Shown piece after piece: positions 30,236-39,871 of a stretch of 64,000 bases of DNA. The position numbers and the translations under genes were made by a program. How positions within the stretch are numbered: the first letter of the stretch is position 1; every line of letters starts with the position of its first letter. The notes below the pieces were generated by a model that worked only from the letters and a program-made list of their open reading frames with translations, ran no database searches and was not told the DNA's origin. The DNA comes from a virus (Duplodnaviria > Heunggongvirae > Uroviricota > Caudoviricetes), in IMG/VR virus record IMGVR_UViG_3300014204_000107, positions 203,468-267,467 of that record; one strand, 5' to 3'.

Positions 30236-30536
30236 TATGAAATTGGCTGAATTGAAACAATTGATTAAAGAATGCATTAATGAAGAAATAATTGCAGAGG
30301 GGGCAAGAATTAGATGGCGAAATTTACGAGTTGGTGATTATTTAATATGCATTAAAAATAAATTTGATGCTAAATTAGAGGTAGGGAAAAAATATAAAAT
30401 TATAAGTGTGTCTGAAAAAATGCATAGAATTTCAATTGAAATAGATGATAATCATATACCACACGGAATCACTGTTCCATCACCATATTTAACTCAATTT
30501 AGATTAATAAAAGATTATATAGGAGAATAATATGAA
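30210..30536 (+). repeat. 32-nt direct repeat (30210-30241 and 30505-30536) flanking the 30237 cassette
   Basis: TAATAAAAGATTATA(C/T)AGGAGAATAATATGAA, one mismatch between copies. Confidence 0.85.
30237..30530 (+). CDS. Leader-tagged small beta-rich protein
   Basis: MKLAELKQLIKECINEEIIAE. Confidence 0.75.
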   Translation: MKLAELKQLIKECINEEIIAEGARIRWRNLRVGDYLICIKNKFDAKLEVGKKYKIISVSEKMHRISIEIDDNHIPHGITVPSPYLTQFRLIKDYIGE

Positions 30537-30786
30537 CAAATTAGAATTAAAACAATTAATTAAAGAAGAAGTTAGAATTGCATTGCAAGAAGATTCAAAC
30601 GAAGAAAGATTGGCAAAATTGAAGCAATCTGACCCAAAAATATTTCAAATAATAGACGCAGTAAGGGCAGCCGATAAAATACCAGAATCAGAAATTGATT
30701 ATATTGGTGAGCGTGATTATATAGCATATAATGCCGTGCTAAATATTGTTAGGGTTAAAAGAATTGAAACGCCATATGACGATTAA
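30532..30786 (+). CDS. Leader-tagged small protein
   Basis: MNKLELKQLIKEEVRIALQE. Confidence 0.75.
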   Translation: MNKLELKQLIKEEVRIALQEDSNEERLAKLKQSDPKIFQIIDAVRAADKIPESEIDYIGERDYIAYNAVLNIVRVKRIETPYDD

Positions 30787-30811
30787 TTATTAAATAAAAT
30801 AGTAGGATTAT

Positions 30812-31312
30812 ATGCCCTTATTTGGCGGTAAAAGAGATATAAGTTTATTTAGATTCATTAACAGGGAGTTAATTAATAAGATAGTTGACACGGCAGTTGA
30901 TGTATATAAGATAAGTTTATCTTCAACCAAGGCAAATTTATATGGAGAATCAACTAATAAAATTTATAAAGTAGCATTACGTTTACATTGTTTAGTACAT
31001 GACTTAAGAGAGCAAGAAATGAGCTATGAGGAATATGGCGTCACTGTAAACCAAAACGTTAATTTTACATTCTTAAGAGATGAATTAATGGATAAACAAT
31101 TAGTAATGGAGGCAGGAGATATAATTCAATGGAATGAAAAATATTGGGAAGTAGATACAGTAGTTGAAAATAAATTGTTTATAGGCAAAAATCCAGATAC
31201 AAATAAAGATTATGATGGCACGCATGGTTGGGATGTGGGTATAACGTGCAATACACATATGACAAGAAGAACAAAACTTAATATTGAACGTGCCAGAGCA
31301 GGCAATAATTAG
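30812..31312 (+). CDS. Head-closure/neck protein (gp14-like)
   Basis: NLYGES and GDII.W..KYWEV motifs; located between the gp13-like and gp15-like genes. Confidence 0.65.
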   Translation: MPLFGGKRDISLFRFINRELINKIVDTAVDVYKISLSSTKANLYGESTNKIYKVALRLHCLVHDLREQEMSYEEYGVTVNQNVNFTFLRDELMDKQLVMEAGDIIQWNEKYWEVDTVVENKLFIGKNPDTNKDYDGTHGWDVGITCNTHMTRRTKLNIERARAGNN

Positions 31313-31321
31313 GAGTATAAT

Positions 31322-32629
31322 ATGAAATTAAAAGAATTAAGGCAATTAATAAGAGAATCTATTCAAGAAGTATTACTTGAAAGCTACGGTGACGGACTTA
31401 AACAGTTTGAAACAGATAATTATCATTTTAATAATCGAAATTCTTTTGATATTGCTGTTAAAAATATCAATAAATATTATAAAGATATAGATGTTGGTCA
31501 TTTTGATATGATTATTTCCCTTCCAAAAGGCAGTAAAATAGTTGATAAATTTGGTGTATCTGCTGATAGTTATAAACTAATTGATGAGGTGGTTCAAGAA
31601 ATATTGATGGCATCTCCTATGGAAAGCAAGCATTTTTATGATTCTCACCGAGATATCATATTACAAGATATAGAGCAATGGGCAAGTGAAAGCATGACAC
31701 TAACAGATGTAGCATTGGAGTTAGGATGGGACGAAGAGTCCGCAGCAAATAATTCTGATAGTACATTATATGGTGATTATGCAATACATATTGCAGGTAA
31801 TTACGATAAATATATTGGTAATCTAGAAGAGATTGAAGGAATGATAGATTTAAGAAATGATGTTAATGAAGAAGTATATAAAACAGGCGTAGATTCATCC
31901 AAATTTACTACTGCCGAAATAAAAGTAAAAATTAAACAGTTAGAAGATGATATAGAAGCATCAAAGAAAAGAAATGGGTCGGATGAATTCGTTCAAAGCA
32001 GGACTAAAATACTTAATAAATTTAAAGATGCATTAAATAAGACTAATGAATCAGTAGCAAGACCAAAAAGGAAATTTTTACGCGAATCTATTGATTTTAC
32101 CCAATTACAAAAAGGGCAACGATTTATCTTTACACATAAATATTCAGGCAAACAGCTTACTTTAGCCTATAAAGACGATGAAATATATAGCGGACAAAAA
32201 CTATATAATTTTAAAGATGTTGATACAAAACGTGAATATACAGATACAAAATATGGATTTAATGAAAAATATGATATAGATAAATTGCCGGATGCAGAAA
32301 CTACAAGAAAAGGCGGAGGACCGAAAGGGCCAACTGGCGCAAGAGGACCACGCAAATATTATACTAATTTAAGTGATAAGTATGCTAATAGATTAATTAA
32401 AGACTTTGTGCAACCATGGAAGTGGGAATTAGAACAATGGGGTGCAGAAGGTAGTGCTGATGCATTAAATGGTGGATTACCATATTCTAAAAAGCACTAT
32501 TTAGATTCAATTAGGGGATTTTTTCAAGATAACGGCGGAAAGAGGGAAGATAGTATTTATATATGGATGAAAGCATCAGGAATCGAAAACCCAGTGCAAT
32601 ATTTATTTGATGAAATGAGTTCAAGTTAA
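31322..32629 (+). CDS. Leader-tagged multi-domain protein
   Basis: MKLKELRQLIRESIQEVLLE; internal VNEE/TNES/LRES spacers. Confidence 0.7.
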   Translation: MKLKELRQLIRESIQEVLLESYGDGLKQFETDNYHFNNRNSFDIAVKNINKYYKDIDVGHFDMIISLPKGSKIVDKFGVSADSYKLIDEVVQEILMASPMESKHFYDSHRDIILQDIEQWASESMTLTDVALELGWDEESAANNSDSTLYGDYAIHIAGNYDKYIGNLEEIEGMIDLRNDVNEEVYKTGVDSSKFTTAEIKVKIKQLEDDIEASKKRNGSDEFVQSRTKILNKFKDALNKTNESVARPKRKFLRESIDFTQLQKGQRFIFTHKYSGKQLTLAYKDDEIYSGQKLYNFKDVDTKREYTDTKYGFNEKYDIDKLPDAETTRKGGGPKGPTGARGPRKYYTNLSDKYANRLIKDFVQPWKWELEQWGAEGSADALNGGLPYSKKHYLDSIRGFFQDNGGKREDSIYIWMKASGIENPVQYLFDEMSSS

Positions 32630-32640
32630 TAGGAGAGTAT

Positions 32641-32964
32641 ATGACAAAGCAAGAATTAAAACAATTGATTAAAGAAGAGCTTAAAATTGCTTTAAAAGAA
32701 AGCAAAATTGATTATCAAATATATCACGGATCATATTCTTCTGCAATACAAACTGCAATAGAATATGCTAAAAAACGAGGGTATGATGTAGACGAAGATG
32801 ATATATGGAATAGAATATCTGTTGGGCCTGCGAAACCGCAGGATGGTAAAACAAATAGATTTAGTATTTCATTGATAAAAGATGGCAAAGAACAAAAGAA
32901 AACATTAAATATACAAATATATGGTATGGGTAATAAATATGAATTAAATTGCTATATTAGCTAA
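32641..32964 (+). CDS. Leader-tagged small protein
   Basis: MTKQELKQLIKEELKIALKE. Confidence 0.75.
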   Translation: MTKQELKQLIKEELKIALKESKIDYQIYHGSYSSAIQTAIEYAKKRGYDVDEDDIWNRISVGPAKPQDGKTNRFSISLIKDGKEQKKTLNIQIYGMGNKYELNCYIS

Positions 32965-33782
32965 TGTCAAGAAGACTTAAAAATAAAACACCTGCAGCTG
33001 CCACACAAGAAGAAATTTTTACTGGCATTCAAACACTTGAAACAGAGGATAGGGCAACCCATATTCGAGAAGATGCAACAATAAAGCAAACACCTGATTT
33101 CACTGTTACTTTGCTTGATATAGATGAGGCAATTGAATATTATTTTAAAAATATAATCATACCAAAAGTAGAAGATAATGGCAGTATAATAGATGTACCA
33201 ATAGTATATGGCACACCAGAAAAGTGGAAAGCAATGCAAAAAGATGGTTATTACCATGACCAGCAAGGTAAAGCATTAATACCATTAATAATGTATCGTA
33301 GAAGCTCTATGCGGAAAAATAGAACTTTAACAAGAAGCCAAGACGCAAATAATCCAAGGTTACATTATTATTATGGTGCTATATATTCACCAAAAGATAG
33401 GTATGATAAATTTTCATTACTCAATGGCAGCCACCCACCTAAACAGCATAAAAAGGTAGTTGTGCCAGACTACGTGACCCTAGCATATGACTGTATAATT
33501 TGGACTGACTATGTAGAACATATGAACAAAATACAAGAGGCAATTGAATATGCTGAAAGTTCATATTGGGGAGATAAAGAACGGTACCAATTTTTATGCA
33601 CTATTACTGACTTTGCACAAGATTCATCGAGCAATGCAGGTGAAGATAGAACTATAAAATCTACGTTTACGATTAATTTACTTGGATATTTAGTACCAGA
33701 CGCATTACAAAAAGAACTTACAAAACATTCCGGCTTAGATTTTTCTCTTTCAAAAATCATTTTTTCTGAAAATTTAAAATAG
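32964..33782 (+). CDS. Tail terminator/sheath stabilizer (T4 gp15-like)
   Basis: VPIVYGTPEKW, P.YV.L.Y...IW motifs; located before sheath. Confidence 0.7.
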   Translation: MSRRLKNKTPAAATQEEIFTGIQTLETEDRATHIREDATIKQTPDFTVTLLDIDEAIEYYFKNIIIPKVEDNGSIIDVPIVYGTPEKWKAMQKDGYYHDQQGKALIPLIMYRRSSMRKNRTLTRSQDANNPRLHYYYGAIYSPKDRYDKFSLLNGSHPPKQHKKVVVPDYVTLAYDCIIWTDYVEHMNKIQEAIEYAESSYWGDKERYQFLCTITDFAQDSSSNAGEDRTIKSTFTINLLGYLVPDALQKELTKHSGLDFSLSKIIFSENLK

Positions 33783-33836
33783 CTATAAGCTGAGGGTTTC
33801 GAAATAACAAAATAACAATTTAACAGGAGGTTACAA

Positions 33837-34118
33837 ATGGAAAACAATGAAATTAAGTTCTCAACAGAAGAACTCGAAAAAATCAAACAATTACAAACAC
33901 GGTCAGCAGAACTAACATACCAGTTAGGCCAAGCGGTCGCCCAATTAGAATTTGTAAATAAACAAATAGACCAGCTAATTATTACTAAAGAACAAACAAT
34001 TACTAATTTATTTGACTTACAAAAAGAAAGTGAAGAGTTCACAAAAACGCTTCAATCTAAATATGGAGATGGTCAATTAAATTTGGAAACCGGCACATTT
34101 AGAAAGTTCTCGACATAA
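33837..34118 (+). CDS. Small coiled-coil protein
   Basis: AGGAGG SD; ends KYGDGQLNLETGTF. Confidence 0.65.
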   Translation: MENNEIKFSTEELEKIKQLQTRSAELTYQLGQAVAQLEFVNKQIDQLIITKEQTITNLFDLQKESEEFTKTLQSKYGDGQLNLETGTFRKFST

Positions 34119-34236
34119 ATATTTAGCTAAAATTCATTCTTGATTAAGTTTGCACTATATATTGGTAGCAAACTTTTTCTATGATGGCATGCATCATAAA
34201 TAATAAATGTTAATATTAACAAACAAGGAGAAATAA

Positions 34237-36663
34237 ATGGAAAAATTAATGTCGGCAGGCGTATTTACAAATGAATACGACCAAACCTACCTCCCTACTG
34301 GTATCAGCAATATTGGAGCTGCTGTCGTAGGGCCTACGCCAAAAGGACGATCTTTTGTACCAACAAAAGTTACGTCAATGGTAGAGTACGAAACATTATA
34401 TGGCAAGTCTGATGGAAATTCATATGTGCCTTATACTGTTGAAAATTATGTAGCAGCAGGCGGCTCAATTACGGTACAGAAAGTATCATTGGATGCTGGA
34501 TATCAAGTGGCAAGTCCAGGTGTATTTTTAATCCAATCAGCAAGTATAACTTATGGTGTAATGCATCCAACCCAAAATACACCGACTGCTATGCCTACCA
34601 CTGAAGCGACATTTACACCTATTTTAATAGATAGTGCAAGTGTTATTATAACTACAACTGGCAGTGGAATTGCATTAACAGGATATACTGCATCAGTAAA
34701 TCCAGCAAAATCAAACTATATTGGTAAATTATTTGGTTCTAACCCAAAAGAGGGAACTGCAAACCCAAAATACATATATAATTATATGTTATTTACTGAC
34801 GCATTGACTGCACTTAATTCCTCGAGTTATAACAGTGCGAGTGTCGGATTATTTGGTTCTGGTTCTGTAACTCTTAATTTGATGTCGTCAAGTAATACAG
34901 TTACCCCAACACAAGCATGGAGAAGCGCACATACACCATGGGTTACATCACAGTATACTAATGGAACCAGTACTGAAAATTTATTTAGAGTATGGCATTT
35001 AGGTGATGGTACTGCAACTAACAACGACATTAAAGTTTCTGTTGAAGATATTAAATTTGGTGGTGAAGTAGCAGGAACTGATTATGGGCAATTTATTATA
35101 ATTGTACGTGATATCACTGACACTGACAAACAGCAAAAAGTACTTGAACAATTTATTGTTAATTTAGACCCAACATCAGAACGCTATATTGCTAAAGTGA
35201 TTGGTGATAAATATCCGTCAATTCAGACCATACAAACATCACAGGGACAAGTAACCAAAATTACTTTTACTGGTGACTATGATAATAAATCTAAGTATAT
35301 TAGAGTTGAAGTTACAACTAATGTGAAAAATGCACAGATTGACCCAACATTGGTTCCGTTTGGTCACGCTGCATATGTACAACCGATATCGGGTAGTATT
35401 ACATTACCAATAATGCCATTGATTACAACCCAATCATATAATAGTCTTTATACACCGTTAGTTCATTTTGGTGCAGACTATACGACTGTTGATGCATATA
35501 ACTATTTTAAACCATTACCACTTGGTGCTGGTGTAGGTAGTAATGCTGCATTTAGTTTATACCAATGTTTAGTACATGCGTCAGCTCCCTATACAACCTA
35601 TGCTGGTATGAATATTGGTGCTATTGCAACTGGTTCTTATGGATTTACTTCAATACCAGCTACTTGCCGTAAATTTACATTAGGTTTACAAGATGGTTTT
35701 GATGGCATGAACCCAGCACAACCAAGAAACATGGACACTGCTATCACTTTGGCAAATATGAATGGTCTTGATTTAACATCAATTACATCAACTGGTGCAG
35801 CGGCATATACAAGAGCAATTGATATTTTAGCAAATGCAGACGATTACGATATTAATTTATTAGTAACTCCAGGTGTTGTTGATAATATAAGTGGTACGAC
35901 AACTTCAAACGGCCATACTGCAGTAGTAAACTATGCTGTACAAATGGCAGAAGCACGTGAAGACTTAATGTACATATTTGACCCATGCGGATTTAGTGGT
36001 GACTTAACAACAGTTGCTCCATCAGCAGCACAATATGATACAAATTATGCAGCAGCATATTATCCTTGGATAAAAATTTATGACAGAAACTTAACAAAAT
36101 ATGTTTGGGTTCCAGCAACTACATTAGTAGCAGGAGCAATTGCATATAATGATAAGGTTGGTTATGAATGGTATGCACCTGCAGGTTTAAATCGTGGTGG
36201 TTTAACAAGCGCAGTAGATGTTAATTACAGACTTTCAAAGAAAGAACGTGATGACATTTATGAAGCACGCGTTAACCCTATTGCATCATTTAAAGAAGGT
36301 ATTGTTATTTGGGGACAAAAAACATTACAATCTAAACAAAGTGCGCTTGATAGAGTTAATGTTCGTAGGTTATTAATTGCAGCCAAGAAATATATTGCTT
36401 CGGCAACTAAATATTTGGTTTTCGAACCGAATGTAAGCGCTACGCGCAACAAATTCTTAGCTCTTGCTAATCCATACTTTGATTCAATCCAACAGAGAAA
36501 TGGACTTTATGCATTTAAAGTAAAAATGGATGAAGAAAATAACACTAATGAAATGATTGACAGATTAATATTATTTGGTCAAATCTGGCTACAGCCTACT
36601 AAAGCTGCAGAATATATCATATTGGATTTTAATATCACACCTTCTGGGGCAGTTTTCAGTTAA
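34237..36663 (+). CDS. Tail sheath protein (gp18-like)
   Basis: SAGVFTNEYD, WYAPAGLNRG, VNPI, WGQKTL, LDRVNVRRLL motifs. Confidence 0.95.
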   Translation: MEKLMSAGVFTNEYDQTYLPTGISNIGAAVVGPTPKGRSFVPTKVTSMVEYETLYGKSDGNSYVPYTVENYVAAGGSITVQKVSLDAGYQVASPGVFLIQSASITYGVMHPTQNTPTAMPTTEATFTPILIDSASVIITTTGSGIALTGYTASVNPAKSNYIGKLFGSNPKEGTANPKYIYNYMLFTDALTALNSSSYNSASVGLFGSGSVTLNLMSSSNTVTPTQAWRSAHTPWVTSQYTNGTSTENLFRVWHLGDGTATNNDIKVSVEDIKFGGEVAGTDYGQFIIIVRDITDTDKQQKVLEQFIVNLDPTSERYIAKVIGDKYPSIQTIQTSQGQVTKITFTGDYDNKSKYIRVEVTTNVKNAQIDPTLVPFGHAAYVQPISGSITLPIMPLITTQSYNSLYTPLVHFGADYTTVDAYNYFKPLPLGAGVGSNAAFSLYQCLVHASAPYTTYAGMNIGAIATGSYGFTSIPATCRKFTLGLQDGFDGMNPAQPRNMDTAITLANMNGLDLTSITSTGAAAYTRAIDILANADDYDINLLVTPGVVDNISGTTTSNGHTAVVNYAVQMAEAREDLMYIFDPCGFSGDLTTVAPSAAQYDTNYAAAYYPWIKIYDRNLTKYVWVPATTLVAGAIAYNDKVGYEWYAPAGLNRGGLTSAVDVNYRLSKKERDDIYEARVNPIASFKEGIVIWGQKTLQSKQSALDRVNVRRLLIAAKKYIASATKYLVFEPNVSATRNKFLALANPYFDSIQQRNGLYAFKVKMDEENNTNEMIDRLILFGQIWLQPTKAAEYIILDFNITPSGAVFS

Positions 36664-36699
36664 TAAATAATTATTTTAATGCTTATTTAGCAATATTAG

Positions 36700-36732
36700 G
36701 AGGGAATAAAGAAATTTATTCCCTCTTTTTTT
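36700..36732 (+). terminator. Rho-independent terminator after sheath
   Basis: GAGGGAATAAA-GAAA-TTTATTCCCTC plus T-run. Confidence 0.85.
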
Positions 36733-36788
36733 GATTATTTAATTATTGTGCCATATTTATTACTATAAACTAAATTTAGGGGAATAAT

Positions 36789-38057
36789 ATGGAAAGTTTA
36801 AAATGTAAATATTGCGGAAAAGAATTAAAAAAAGGATTAAAATCATTTTGTAACCGTGAATGTTCAAGCAAATTTCAAAATAAGCAAGTAACAAAAATTT
36901 GTTTAGAATGCGGAAAAGAATTTGTAGTTGGATTAAATAGAGCAAATGCTGCTAAATATTGTTCATATGAATGTAAAGGCAAAGCAAAAATAAAAGAAAC
37001 GCATGAAATTAGAATATGTAAAGTATGTGGCAAAGAATTTAATGAATATAAAAATAAAAAAAGAGAGATATGTAGTGACAATTGCAGGAAAGAATGGAAT
37101 GCAAAATCAGAAAATAAAATTGCTAGGTTGGCAGCTACTGAGCAAGGTATTATTAAGAAATACGGAGTTAAAAGAGTTACAATGTTACCCCAATTTAAAG
37201 ATAAAGTTAATAATACAAAACGCGTAAAGTATGGTGATAAATTGGAACAAATAGTTAAAAAAGGCAAAAAAACTAAATTAGAAAATCATGGGAATGAAAA
37301 TTATAACAATATAGAACAAGGTCGCAAAACTAAATTAGAAAACCACGGAGACGAAAACTATAATAATCGCCCAAAATTTAACGAAACTATGCAAGAATTA
37401 TATGGTGTTGATTGGGCCATGCAGTCAGAAGAATTAAGACAACGAGCAATTAATACTTGGTTAATTAAATATGATGCTAATAATCCAATGCAAAATGCAA
37501 ATGTAATATTATCTGTTAAAAATACAAAAGATATAAAATATGGCGATTCTGGTTATAATAATTTTAATAAAACCAGGAAAACTAAAAAATTAAAATATAA
37601 TGATGAATATTATAACAATTCAAAGAAAACACAACAAACGTTGATGAATTTATATGGTGTTAATAATGCATTTTTGATAAGAAACGTAAAATCAAATGGT
37701 ATATTAATATCAAAACCACAAAAAAGAGTATATGAAGCAGCGTTATCAGCATATAAATCAGCATTATTGGAAGAATTTTTAAAAGATGTAATGCACAGTG
37801 TTGATATTTACATTCCAGAATTGCATACTATTATTGAAGTATATGGTGATTATTGGCATTGCAATCCAAAAATGTTTGATTCTACTTATTATCATAGCCA
37901 ATTACATATGACTGCACAAGAACGATGGGATAGTGATGCAATACGAATAAAGAAGTTTACAGATAGCGGATATAAAGTTATTGTATTGTGGGAGCGTGAT
38001 ATTAAAAGATATAAGAAAAAAGGTGCGTTAGTAGAATATATTAAAAAGATGCTATAA
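36789..38057 (+). CDS. Free-standing homing endonuclease (Zn ribbons, KYG repeats, Vsr/DUF559-like nuclease)
   Basis: Repeated CxxCGKEF...CS..C; repeats KTKLENHG.ENYNN; VDIY...IEVYGDYWH; VLWE. Confidence 0.75.
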   Translation: MESLKCKYCGKELKKGLKSFCNRECSSKFQNKQVTKICLECGKEFVVGLNRANAAKYCSYECKGKAKIKETHEIRICKVCGKEFNEYKNKKREICSDNCRKEWNAKSENKIARLAATEQGIIKKYGVKRVTMLPQFKDKVNNTKRVKYGDKLEQIVKKGKKTKLENHGNENYNNIEQGRKTKLENHGDENYNNRPKFNETMQELYGVDWAMQSEELRQRAINTWLIKYDANNPMQNANVILSVKNTKDIKYGDSGYNNFNKTRKTKKLKYNDEYYNNSKKTQQTLMNLYGVNNAFLIRNVKSNGILISKPQKRVYEAALSAYKSALLEEFLKDVMHSVDIYIPELHTIIEVYGDYWHCNPKMFDSTYYHSQLHMTAQERWDSDAIRIKKFTDSGYKVIVLWERDIKRYKKKGALVEYIKKML

Positions 38058-38112
38058 TTTTTTTTGATTAATATATATTAGAAAGACATTAAAATAACTC
38101 AAAGGAGATATT

Positions 38113-38346
38113 ATGAATAAGTTAGAACTGAAGCAATTAATTAAAGAGGAAATAAAACTTTCTTTAAAAGAAAATATGTCCATGTCTGCTTACGGAAAGC
38201 ATAAAACACAGTCAATTAGTATTACGAGATGGGAAGAAATATTGAGAGATTTGGCATATAATTTTAGAATTAAATATGGTGCATCTGAAATGGAATCATA
38301 TTCTTTTAAAGAATGGATGAATCTTTTTTTAAGTGAAATTAAATAA
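38113..38346 (+). CDS. Leader-tagged small protein
   Basis: MNKLELKQLIKEEIKLSLKE; has its own putative promoter motif, SD and terminator. Confidence 0.75.
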   Translation: MNKLELKQLIKEEIKLSLKENMSMSAYGKHKTQSISITRWEEILRDLAYNFRIKYGASEMESYSFKEWMNLFLSEIK

Positions 38347-38365
38347 AACGTGAGTCTGGTATAAT

Positions 38366-38395
38366 AAAAAAGAGCAAAATGATTTGCTCTTTTTT
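38366..38395 (+). terminator. Rho-independent terminator
   Basis: AAAAAAGAGCAAA-ATGA-TTTGCTCTTTTTT. Confidence 0.8.
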
Positions 38396-38439
38396 ATGAA
38401 AAAATGTATATTCATATATTTATTATAAAGTAGTAAATT

Positions 38440-38748
38440 ATGGGATATGTATATTTAATAGAGGCGTCAGATAATAATCAAACCATATATAAAATTGGAT
38501 ATACCAAGCATAAATTTAAAAGTAGAATACAAGGATTGAATACTGGCACAGCTGCCGATTTAAAAGAATTATATAAATTTGAAACAAAATATGGTAGATT
38601 GCTTGAAACATCTATGCATAATTTTTTAAAACATAAGCAAGTTAAGCGAGAATGGTTTGATTTAGACATTAATGATGTAATTAATTTTTTGCCGATGTGT
38701 AAGAAGATTGAAAATAATTTAGATATAATATCGAGGAATATAGCATGA
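38440..38748 (+). CDS. GIY-YIG family (T5orf172/MUG113-like) nuclease
   Basis: GYVYLI...YKIGYT...R...L...E...H...EWF. Confidence 0.8.
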   Translation: MGYVYLIEASDNNQTIYKIGYTKHKFKSRIQGLNTGTAADLKELYKFETKYGRLLETSMHNFLKHKQVKREWFDLDINDVINFLPMCKKIENNLDIISRNIA

Positions 38749-39515
38749 ATAAAATGGAATTAGTTCAATTAATTAGAGAATGCATTAATGAAGAAATATC
38801 TAAATTTAAAGGTAATACAATTCGCTTAACTGAAGGTGGCAACGTATTTAAAAATGCTGATAATACTCCTGCGACAACAAGAATTAATAAAGAAGATGTA
38901 CTGCCGACTATTAAATGGTTGGAAAGTATAACAGGGTTGCCATTAGTAAATAATACACTTGGTAGTACTGGCATAGCTGCTCAATCTGGAGATTTAGACC
39001 TGGCAGTTGACGTTAATAAAATATCTAAACAAGAATTAGAAACTATTTTAAAACAATGGACTGCTAAAAATGGGCTTGATCATAGACTATTTATAAAAAA
39101 GACTGGTGATTCTGTGCATTTTAAAACACCAATTGTTGGAAAAACAGGAGAATATGTGCAGACAGATTTCATGTTTAGTGATAATTTAGAATTTACGAAA
39201 TGGCGTATGCGAGGCACGAGCCCAACATCAAAATACAAAGCACAACATAGAAATATATTAATATCGAGCATAGCAACATCATTAGGACTTAAATGGTCAT
39301 ATTTTAATGGTTTGGTAAGTAGAGAATCTGGTAAAGTAATAACAGATAACCCAGATGAAATAGCTGAAATATTATTAGGCCCCGGGCATACTGATAAAGA
39401 TTTAATATCTGTTGAATCCGTATTAGATGCAATTAAAGACTTGCCGAATAGGGATAAATTAATTGCAGACGCTAAAGAAACATTAAGTAGATTATATAAT
39501 GTAAATATTGAATAG
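38745..39515 (+). CDS. Leader-tagged Pol-beta-superfamily nucleotidyltransferase-like protein
   Basis: MNKMELVQLIRECINEE...LTE|GGNVF; LGSTG...SGDLDLAVD (GS...DxD); VQTDF. Confidence 0.65.
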   Translation: MNKMELVQLIRECINEEISKFKGNTIRLTEGGNVFKNADNTPATTRINKEDVLPTIKWLESITGLPLVNNTLGSTGIAAQSGDLDLAVDVNKISKQELETILKQWTAKNGLDHRLFIKKTGDSVHFKTPIVGKTGEYVQTDFMFSDNLEFTKWRMRGTSPTSKYKAQHRNILISSIATSLGLKWSYFNGLVSRESGKVITDNPDEIAEILLGPGHTDKDLISVESVLDAIKDLPNRDKLIADAKETLSRLYNVNIE

Positions 39516-39519
39516 TGGT

Positions 39520-39870
39520 ATGAAATTAAGTGAATTAAGGCAGTTAATTAGAGAATGCACTAATGAGGTATTATCGGAAAAAATTAGTGATAGAATATAT
39601 AGTAAAGAGGGCCTTATTGCTAGCAGAACTATACCACAAGAAATGAAAGATAAAATATTGCCATATGTTACATCACAATCATATTATATGAATAAAAAGA
39701 TGTTTGATCTTGCAATACCTAAAATTAAAGGAAAAAGTTTCAATGGCGTGGACATTGGTGCTGATAAAGATGGTTTTTTTGTATTTACACATCGCGCAAG
39801 ATCTAAATCTTATTCTACTATTGCAGACATTCCTAATAAAGATATAAAATTTATAGAAAGCACAGGTTGA
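39520..39870 (+). CDS. Leader-tagged small protein
   Basis: MKLSELRQLIRECTNEVLSE; ATG at 39520. Confidence 0.72.
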   Translation: MKLSELRQLIRECTNEVLSEKISDRIYSKEGLIASRTIPQEMKDKILPYVTSQSYYMNKKMFDLAIPKIKGKSFNGVDIGADKDGFFVFTHRARSKSYSTIADIPNKDIKFIESTG

Positions 39871-39871
39871 T

